DNA from: a virus
Taxonomy: Duplodnaviria > Caudoviricetes
Reading direction: 5' to 3' (one strand)
DNA length: 48,933 nucleotides
Virus record (IMG/VR): IMGVR_UViG_3300031892_000003
Location: 1 to 48,933 of that record
The notes beneath the pieces were generated by a model that made no database searches, had not been told where the DNA came from, and worked only from the letters and a program-made list of their open reading frames with translations. Below, piece after piece: positions 42,487 through 48,933 of the stretch; the stretch's first letter is position 1, and the number at the start of each line of letters is the position of its first letter. The position numbers and the translations under genes are program-made.

Positions 42487-43245
42487 TCAGTCGCTCAAGC
42501 GCCGTTTGAGTTCTTGGGCCACGACGGCACGGATGTAGGCTTCGAGCCCTTCGAAGCGCACGACGAGCTCGGGGGCCTTGGGGTCGGCGCCGCTCGCTCG
42601 GGGGGCGACCGAGGGAAGGGTCCGTTGGGCCGCGGGGGCCTCGAAGGCTCGCTCGGAGGAGACGGGCCCACTGCGCTTCACCCGCGCGCCGTAGGTCTTC
42701 ACCCATTTGCCGACGGCGCTCACGGAGACGCCTATTTCGCGCGCAATTGTCTTGTGTGACACGCCTTGGTGGATGATGCGCGAGACGCTCTCGCGCTGGG
42801 TGTCGGGATCCGTCCAGGTGCGTGTCTTGCGCTTCTTCCTGGGTGCCATGTCAGCTTCCCCCAATTGCGGCGTGGGCTGTTCCGTGTCCGGCGGCGGCGC
42901 TTGCGTAGCGGGCTCGGGCGGAAGTAGCTCGGCGGGGGGCGGGACGTAGTAGATGGGTTCGGGGGGGCTCGGGGGCTCGGGGGGTGGAGCGGAGTTGCCG
43001 GGGCGCTCCAAGCGAATCAAGGCGACGGGCGCGTGCAAGGTGGGGGTCTCCACCCGGCGTCGCTGGTGGGGCGGGGTGCGCGGCGGCAAGACGGTCGTGT
43101 TGATGCGCTCTTCGGGTTGCTCGACATAGCCCCGGTCGGGTCGGGACGGCGGCGGGCGCCGCTCGACGCCTTCGGCTCGCAATTGCGCGCGCCAGTCGGC
43201 GCCCTTGGCGCTGAGCGCGTCTCCAAGCGTGGTCAGTGGCTTCAT
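42487..43245 (-). CDS. Pro-rich protein with C-terminal HTH (possible internal start at 42849)
   Basis: GVSHKTIAREIGVSVSAVGKWVK HTH; GGGGGAAG leader before MAPRKK. Confidence 0.6.
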   Translation of the reverse strand: MKPLTTLGDALSAKGADWRAQLRAEGVERRPPPSRPDRGYVEQPEERINTTVLPPRTPPHQRRRVETPTLHAPVALIRLERPGNSAPPPEPPSPPEPIYYVPPPAELLPPEPATQAPPPDTEQPTPQLGEADMAPRKKRKTRTWTDPDTQRESVSRIIHQGVSHKTIAREIGVSVSAVGKWVKTYGARVKRSGPVSSERAFEAPAAQRTLPSVAPRASGADPKAPELVVRFEGLEAYIRAVVAQELKRRLSD

Positions 43246-43286
43246 AGGGTACTCTCATTGAGTCGTCGCTCTTCTGTTTGGGGTTT

Positions 43287-43967
43287 TCAGTTGGGCCCAT
43301 GGTCGCCGTAATTGGCGGCGTCGTGATCTTCTTCGCAGGAAAACACGCGCGCCAGGTTGTTGCGCGCGTGGTTCAGCAGGTCGTAGGCGGCTTCGATTTT
43401 GCCGCTGGCGACGCCACACAGAAACGTGTGCGGGCCTGCTCCGGGGCCTTCGGCCTCGTGGTAAGCGCGGCCGAGGTTCATGGTTTCGAGGTCGAGCTCG
43501 CGCAATTCGGTGGCGATGGTGGCGAGCTTGCGAAGGAGCTTTGGCTTCGGCCCCGAGTTGCGCGCAATCAGGTCGTCAGCGGCGGCTTCGAGCTTTTGTC
43601 GCTCCGCTTCTGGGCAGCTCTCGATGAGCTTTTCGATGAGCTCGACGCGTAGCCGGGCGCGGCCTTCCTCCGTCAAGTCGCCGTTCTGGTCGAGCATGCT
43701 GGTCACGTCTATTTTGATGAATGCGTCGAGGTGCATATCGGTCGTCTTCACTGCGCTCTCCCTTTCCTTCTCCAGCCGTTTGAGGCAAGCGTCGCCCATC
43801 TCTTGGGCCATGGCGTCGATGCGTCGGTTGGCCTCCTCTTCGTCGAGCTCGCCGCTCACCACCAGCGCTTCGATGGTGTCGCAAACGCTGCTCGCCTGGT
43901 CGAGCTCTTCGTTCGTCAAGAATTGCCCGATGGCGGCCCTGATACTGTCTCGCGTCCCTCTAGCCAC
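43287..43967 (-). CDS. Helical hypothetical protein
   Basis: AAGGGG SD before GTG; acidic coiled coil. Confidence 0.6.
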   Translation of the reverse strand: MARGTRDSIRAAIGQFLTNEELDQASSVCDTIEALVVSGELDEEEANRRIDAMAQEMGDACLKRLEKERESAVKTTDMHLDAFIKIDVTSMLDQNGDLTEEGRARLRVELIEKLIESCPEAERQKLEAAADDLIARNSGPKPKLLRKLATIATELRELDLETMNLGRAYHEAEGPGAGPHTFLCGVASGKIEAAYDLLNHARNNLARVFSCEEDHDAANYGDHGPN

Positions 43968-44045
43968 GATTGCCCCTTGTCTCCCCGGGCGGCCCCTCCG
44001 CCCCACAGTGGGGCCATCTCGACATGTCGTGGATGTAGGTGTCAA

Positions 44046-44504
44046 TCAGGATTTGAGCGGGGTGAGGTACTCGGAGAGCTTGGATAGGCGCTGCATCATC
44101 ATACCGGGTGTGTCCATTTCCCACCCGAGCACCAGGGCGCGCACGTCGATCAAGTGCTGGCGGTAGTGCGCGGCGCGCGCGGCGGCGTCTTCGGCGACCT
44201 TCACGATGTGTTCGGCGAGCGCGAGCGTTTCGCGCGTTCGCGCGCATTCGTCGCGCACCAGTTGCTGGGTGTCGATGAGCTGCACTTTGAGGGCGGCGTT
44301 CCGTTGCTCTAGCCCTTCGTTGTAGAGCTGGATGAGCTCGCGTTGATTAGCGAAGAGCAATAGCTGTCGCTCGTCATATTGATTGAGCTCGGTGCCTGCC
44401 CTAGGATGCCGAGCTGCGCCCCCCGCGCCGTCGCTCGGGTCGACACTGGAAAGGTCGTTCTCCTCAAACGACTGAAGGGTGGGGGTGATGGGGGGCGTGT
44501 TCAC
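44046..44504 (-). CDS. Coiled-coil hypothetical protein
   Basis: GTGA overlap. Confidence 0.6.
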   Translation of the reverse strand: MNTPPITPTLQSFEENDLSSVDPSDGAGGAARHPRAGTELNQYDERQLLLFANQRELIQLYNEGLEQRNAALKVQLIDTQQLVRDECARTRETLALAEHIVKVAEDAAARAAHYRQHLIDVRALVLGWEMDTPGMMMQRLSKLSEYLTPLKS

Positions 44505-44854
44505 CACGCCACGTATTCCTTGGCGGGGTCGCCGTTGGGGCGGCGCCTGCCGGTGTTGATGTGCTTGTACCAACCCTCCGGATCGCCGTGCCCGTTCCAG
44601 CCGACGGCGGCGCGCCAAGCGGCGTCGTGGTCGTGAAAGCACCAATTCTGGTCGAAGGACATCCCCCCGGTGGGTCCCGTCGAGATGCGCAGATTGCCGG
44701 CGAGCATGCTCTGCAGCCAGAGCGTGCGGCCGTCGCCCAAGTCGCGACGATAGAACCACCAGGTTTCGCCCCCTGCCTGGTATTCGGCGACGCCCCGAAG
44801 CTTGATGGCGTAGAGCGCACGGGCGCTGATGGGCTTCGTCTTGCTTTTAGTCAC
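44501..44854 (-). CDS. Phage hypothetical protein
   Basis: GAGGAGG SD; WCF...AW.A..W.G.GDPEGW.KH..TGRRR motif. Confidence 0.7.
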   Translation of the reverse strand: MTKSKTKPISARALYAIKLRGVAEYQAGGETWWFYRRDLGDGRTLWLQSMLAGNLRISTGPTGGMSFDQNWCFHDHDAAWRAAVGWNGHGDPEGWYKHINTGRRRPNGDPAKEYVAW

Positions 44855-44930
44855 TCGTTCCTCCTCGTTGCGTAATGCAACACCCCGCCGGGTGACGGCG
44901 GCAAACGTGGGAATGGGCCAGAATGGGATC

Positions 44931-45095
44931 ATGGAAACTCAAGCGGTTACAGGAACCGCGCGACAACGCCTCAAAGCCGTGTTCGCGCGGATGGTGGATG
45001 AGGCATTGACGCAAATCCTGCGCCTCGGGCAGGAGCTGGCGCGTCTGGCGGTCGACGCGGCGCTGCGCCGATTGGCGGGCAAGCTGAGCGGGTAA
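44931..45095 (+). CDS. Small hypothetical protein
   Basis: Fills the gap between two minus-strand genes. Confidence 0.4.
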   Translation: METQAVTGTARQRLKAVFARMVDEALTQILRLGQELARLAVDAALRRLAGKLSG

Positions 45096-45500
45096 TTACT
45101 CGCAGCCCCACACACAGACGCGGCGCCCTTTGGTGAGCGGGGCGCGCTTGCCGCATTCGGCGCAGGCCCCGATGGGGGCGTCCAGGTTCCCCTGCACCAC
45201 TTCTCGCACCGCGGCGGGCAGGCGCGCGAGAAACACCTGGTTCAGGGTGTCCAAGTCCGCCCGGTCCCGGCCGTACTTCTGCGCCGTTTGGTAGGCGGCG
45301 AGTGAATGGAGCGCGTAGTCGTGCAGGAGCGCGGCGTACTTACCGCGCAATTCCGTGAGCTCCTTCTCTAGCTTCGTGACGTGCACGGCGGCGGCGGCCG
45401 CGCCCCCCATGAAGTCTTCGAGGTGCTGCTGGGTGCGAGCGTGTGCGAGACATTCGGCGTGGAGCAGAGCGCCGAGGTCGGGCTTGTCGGCGTCGCTCAC
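45096..45500 (-). CDS. Coiled-coil protein with C-terminal Cys motif
   Basis: CAECG...CVWGC; GTGA overlap. Confidence 0.6.
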   Translation of the reverse strand: MSDADKPDLGALLHAECLAHARTQQHLEDFMGGAAAAAVHVTKLEKELTELRGKYAALLHDYALHSLAAYQTAQKYGRDRADLDTLNQVFLARLPAAVREVVQGNLDAPIGACAECGKRAPLTKGRRVCVWGCE

Positions 45501-45790
45501 GGCTTGCCCTTGCCGAGCTCGGCGTCGATGTGGTCGGCCATCTTTCGGAGCTCGCGGGCGACGCAGCTCATGCCGACGTTGCCTTTCATGCGGGAGACGG
45601 TGTGCGCGTCGATTACGGTGGGGTCGTTGGTGGGCTGAGCGTCGATCACGACCAGGGCCACGCCGTCGAAGTGCTGCAGCAGCAGCTCTACCCCGGCGAT
45701 CGCGAGCTCGTTGTTGTCCTTGGCGCGCCGCGCCCTCTCGTCCGCCGTCTCCGCCCCGGTCTCCCCCTCTGCCCCCTCTTTATCGTTCAT
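45497..45790 (-). CDS. Hypothetical protein
   Basis: GAGGA SD, ATGA overlap. Confidence 0.6.
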   Translation of the reverse strand: MNDKEGAEGETGAETADERARRAKDNNELAIAGVELLLQHFDGVALVVIDAQPTNDPTVIDAHTVSRMKGNVGMSCVARELRKMADHIDAELGKGKP

Positions 45791-46026
45791 GGTGTCTTCC
45801 TCGCTTTCGCGCTCAGCGTGAGCCGCGTCTTGGTGATCTTCTCTTCCCGGAGGTAGCCCTTTTCCCGTAGCTTCTTGATTATGTGCTGGACGGCGTTGGG
45901 GTAGACCCCGAGCTTGTCCGCCAGATAGCGATGCGTTGGGGGGTTCCCGTGGTCGTCTTGATATCGCCTCCATTCGCCGAGGGCGAGTTTTTCGGCCGTG
46001 GTCAATTCCACGTTCTTGATGGGCAT
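45787..46026 (-). CDS. LexA-type DNA-binding-domain-only regulator (repressor/Cro candidate)
   Basis: LT..EK......YQDDHGNPPTHR.LA.KLGV.PNAV...IKKLREKGYL; divergent from xis-int. Confidence 0.8.
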   Translation of the reverse strand: MPIKNVELTTAEKLALGEWRRYQDDHGNPPTHRYLADKLGVYPNAVQHIIKKLREKGYLREEKITKTRLTLSAKARKTP

Positions 46027-46272
46027 TGCCCTAGGCTAGCCCGAAAGCTTGGCCATGCACAAGCTGGTTGGGTCGGGCTCGACCTCGGGGGTGGGTCCAG
46101 CTAGACTGGGACCATGTTCCACGCATCCAGCGCGACTGTCGCACACCGCAACACCAAACCGCCGCATTCGTTGCATTATCCCGTGACAAGCTGCCACGCC
46201 GTAGCTATGGGGCGGCCATCGGGGCCGGGGTTCGTCATGGGGGCGACACGAGCTCGAAACTGGAGGGACCAG

Positions 46273-46569
46273 ATGGGCGAGGGTGAGGGTGGTGGGCGTG
46301 AGGAAGAGCGCGGCGCAGCCAACGACGGGCCCGCGTTCACGTTGAGTCGGGGCCAATTGGCGGAGCTGGTGAGCAAGGCCGTTCAAGTCGCGCTCGCCAA
46401 GGGCAGCGGCGCGCCGCTGCTGGTCGACAAGCAGGAGATGGCCCGGCAGCTGTCGTGCTCGGCGGCGCACGTCGACAACTTGCGCAAGCGCGGGCTGCCG
46501 GTGGTGAAGGTGGGTGAGGGGGTTCGCTTTGCGCCAGCGCAGGTGCTGGCGTGGTTGCAGAAACAGTAA
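46273..46569 (+). CDS. xis: Excisionase-like HTH protein
   Basis: GGAGG SD; LVDKQEMARQL.CS..HV..LRKRGLP.VKVG..VRF....VLAWL; directly upstream of integrase. Confidence 0.75.
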   Translation: MGEGEGGGREEERGAANDGPAFTLSRGQLAELVSKAVQVALAKGSGAPLLVDKQEMARQLSCSAAHVDNLRKRGLPVVKVGEGVRFAPAQVLAWLQKQ

Positions 46570-46589
46570 ACAGAAAGAGAAGCGAACCA

Positions 46590-48092
46590 ATGAGTAAGCC
46601 GAAAACAGGAGAGGCGCTGCAGTGGCGCAAGCACATGAAGACGTGGGTGGGCCGGGTGCGCGGGTACCCCGAGGGCTGCGCGCGCGGGCGCTGGTTATCG
46701 CTCGGCTCCGACAATCGGGGCCTGGCGCAGGCGCGGTATGACCGGTGGCTGGAGACGGGGGTGCCTCCGAAGGAGGCCAACGAAGAGACGTTCGCTCAAG
46801 CAGCGGAGCGCATCGTGGACGACATGAGCGAGGAGACGCCGACGGCGGTGAAGAAGAAGAAGGATCGGCGCTACCGGCTGCGCTCGTTTGCGTGCCCGAT
46901 CATGGGCCACATCGCGATCCCCGCCATCGAGCCCAACCACGTGACGAGCGTGCTCGACAGCATGCCGAAGCTCGGGCTGCTCAAGGGCACCATCCTGAAG
47001 ACACGTTCGGACATCTCCCGGATCCTGACGGCGCTGCAGCGCGAGGGCGCGATCCTGCTCAACTTCGCCAAGGGGGCGAGTTTGCCGGAGCTGGCGGTGG
47101 AGGATGGGCGCCTCCGACAAGTGCTGGTGGACGAGGAGTTCCGGCAGTTGTGGGAATCGCTCGGGTTCGAGAGCGAGCTCGGCATGGCGAGCCTGGTGTG
47201 CCGGGAGGTCGCCGGGCACCGGACGAGCGACATTCTGGCGTCGCGCTACGAGCACGTGGATTGGGAGGCCCGGACGTGGAAGGTGCGGCGCCCCAAGACG
47301 GACGATGAGGGGGAACTGGTGGTGACCCGGCGGGTCAAGAGCTACGAGTTGGTGGAGCACGCGATTGCCGACCACGTCTACGGGCCCATGCGGGCCTGGT
47401 GGCAGGCGCATGGGTGCCCGGCAGAAGGCCCCATGTTCCCGGTGCGCCGGGCGGGGGTAGGTGGCACGGTCAAGCTCAAGGACGGCACCAGCTACGAGCG
47501 GCAGGCGAGCTCGGTTGGTGACCACAAGGGCCAAGGCACGAGCTACTGCAAGGCGTTCCGGGCGGCGCTGTGGAAGGCGAAGATCTACCGCCCGATGCCG
47601 GGGTTCGATCCGGCAAAGCCCGACAAGAAGTTCTGCCGACTGCAGACGGACACCAAGGAGTCGCGCCGGGCGGACTTCCACTCGGTCCGGCGCCGGTACG
47701 TGACGGCCTGCAAGAGCAGCGGCATGAGCACGGCGGACGTGCTGGCGGCGAGCGGCCACACGCAGCTCTCGACCAGCAACCGATACGACGCGGCGCGCCG
47801 CATCACGTTGCCCGAGGCGGCCATGGTGGGGGGGAAGAAACCTTCCCCCGAGGCGCCAGCTCCCCTGCCCCCCGCTCCGGCTCCGGCGGTGGACGTGACG
47901 GCTCTGGCGACCCAACTGGCCACCCAGATGGCGACCCAGATGATGGCGCAGATGATGGCGCAGATGGCCGCGCTCAGCCCTTCGGTGTCTATCGTAAGCC
48001 CTGGGAATTCCGCCCCAATTCGGGGCATTGACCCAGACTCTGGGTCGAAAGCCTCTCCTCACCTCACCCTCGTCTCTTCTAAGTCCGCGTAA
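46590..48092 (+). CDS. int: Tyrosine integrase
   Basis: Catalytic R (GHRTSDI), K (RPKT), HxxR (FHSVRR), GH and Y (SNRYD). Confidence 0.92.
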   Translation: MSKPKTGEALQWRKHMKTWVGRVRGYPEGCARGRWLSLGSDNRGLAQARYDRWLETGVPPKEANEETFAQAAERIVDDMSEETPTAVKKKKDRRYRLRSFACPIMGHIAIPAIEPNHVTSVLDSMPKLGLLKGTILKTRSDISRILTALQREGAILLNFAKGASLPELAVEDGRLRQVLVDEEFRQLWESLGFESELGMASLVCREVAGHRTSDILASRYEHVDWEARTWKVRRPKTDDEGELVVTRRVKSYELVEHAIADHVYGPMRAWWQAHGCPAEGPMFPVRRAGVGGTVKLKDGTSYERQASSVGDHKGQGTSYCKAFRAALWKAKIYRPMPGFDPAKPDKKFCRLQTDTKESRRADFHSVRRRYVTACKSSGMSTADVLAASGHTQLSTSNRYDAARRITLPEAAMVGGKKPSPEAPAPLPPAPAPAVDVTALATQLATQMATQMMAQMMAQMAALSPSVSIVSPGNSAPIRGIDPDSGSKASPHLTLVSSKSA

Positions 48093-48242
48093 TCATTGTA
48101 TCCCCGATTCGATTTGAACGAATGACCTGCGCTTTAGGAATGCATTGGCAGCCAATTTACCGGGCCCAAGTGCGCGTAACCACATGCTCGGTAGTAGCCG
48201 TTATGTGTCCTTCAAAGTGCCTTTCGACCCAGACTCTGGGTC
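48030..48242. repeat. attP arm repeats
   Basis: Palindrome GACCCAGACTCTGGGTC at 48030-48046 and 48226-48242; AAGT(C/G)CGCGTAA(T/C)CA at 48081-48095 and 48168-48182. Confidence 0.75.
48099..48140 (-). other. attP core: 3' half of tRNA-Arg(CCT)
   Basis: Minus strand TTCCTAA-AGCGC-AGGTC-ATTCG-TTCAAAT-CGAAT-CGGGGAT-A: anticodon loop, T arm and acceptor 3' strand with no 5' half, just after the int stop. Confidence 0.85.
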
Positions 48243-48310
48243 GTTCAAATCGCTAGGGCAACTGGGCGCCATGACGGCGTCGACATCAGGGGCCAAGGAG
48301 GGCCCCGCCT

Positions 48311-48933
48311 ATGCGACATCAGTTTACATTCATCTTCAGCGAAGTCCTGACCTCCCGTGTCTGGGCGCAACCCGCCACCACCCGCGCCGTCTGGTTGTGG
48401 TTCCAGCTCTCCGCCGACCCCGAGGGCTTCGTGCCGGCTACCGTGAGCGGGGTCGCTATCGGTGCCCATGTGAGCGAGTCGGAGGCGAGGGAGGCCATCG
48501 CCTTCCTGGAGTCGAAGGACCCTGACGCCAACTTCGACGACCCCACCGACGGGCGCACCATCGAGCGCGTGCCCCGAGGGTGGCGCATCTTCGGGTTCGA
48601 GGACAACCGGGCGCGGGCCAAGCGGGAGGGTGAGAAGGCACGCAACCGGCGTTACATGGCAGCCCGACGCGCGGCGAACAAGGCCACACCTGCCAACACG
48701 GTTGAGCTCAACGAGCCCGAGAGTGTGGTCGCTGTAACGCCGGACCCCCTGAAGATGGACGTACCCAAATCAGGAACCCAAATCCAAATCCAATCCTCCT
48801 CAGAAGGAGGATCCCCCCTACCCCCCGTTGTGGAAGAACGTGCGCAGAGCGCCTACACCGTGCCGTCGAAGGTCATCAAGGAGATCCCTGCTGACTTCGA
48901 GCTGGATGACGAGCTGCGCATGGCGGCGAAGGC
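48311..48933 (+). CDS. Phage replication initiator/replisome organiser, N-terminal part
   Basis: AAGGAGG SD; MRHQFTFIFSEVLTSRVW...VWLW..LSADPEG...DGRTIERVPRGWRI, then a basic helix and QIQIQ..SPLPP linker; open to the contig end. Confidence 0.82.
   Translation, partial: MRHQFTFIFSEVLTSRVWAQPATTRAVWLWFQLSADPEGFVPATVSGVAIGAHVSESEAREAIAFLESKDPDANFDDPTDGRTIERVPRGWRIFGFEDNRARAKREGEKARNRRYMAARRAANKATPANTVELNEPESVVAVTPDPLKMDVPKSGTQIQIQSSSEGGSPLPPVVEERAQSAYTVPSKVIKEIPADFELDDELRMAAK
48909..48933. repeat. Terminal direct repeat, right copy
   Basis: Identical to bases 1-25. Confidence 0.97.

Noticed and set aside
42487-42849. IS3-like transposase OrfA
   Set aside because: HTH only; no DDE OrfB, terminal inverted repeats or target duplication seen.
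44866-46178. Shared GTTGCATTA at 44873-44881 (minus) and 46170-46178 (plus) as repressor operators
   Set aside because: Only two 9-mers, and only one is palindromic; too weak to call.
48099-48140. Functional tRNA-Arg gene
   Set aside because: Only the 3' half is present and it abuts int, so it is treated as attP core.

Overview
The window is a complete, circular, high-GC temperate phage genome. Bases 1-25 equal 48909-48933, so the unit length is about 48,908 bp, and the replication-initiator ORF runs in frame across the join. The minus strand (about 34.3 kb to 3.9 kb) carries a podovirus-type late region: terminase, portal, MazG-like, GroES-like, DUF2829/Tad2-like, scaffold, Pth2-fold protein, capsid, head-tail proteins, four ejection-type proteins (one with an SLT domain), a collagen/LamG/repeat tail fibre and an M15 endolysin. 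The plus strand carries small early genes (DUF932, beta-clamp-like, LexA-type wHTH), then xis, tyrosine integrase, attP (3' half of a tRNA-Arg(CCT)), replication initiator, Dam-type methylase and a 5'-3' exonuclease fused to a RecT-like annealase. The most unusual signals are: (1) an array of CCA-ended tRNA-like RNAs with aberrant anticodon arms plus a CCA minihelix, directly upstream of and in frame with a Pth2/PTRHD1-fold gene inside the head operon, and a third anticodon-broken tRNA-like RNA with Ala identity (G3-U70) elsewhere; (2) the single-chain exonuclease-annealase; (3) a structured ~230-nt intergenic RNA whose CU-rich loop is complementary to the integrase ribosome-binding region. 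All family assignments come from recognising motifs by eye; no searches were run.
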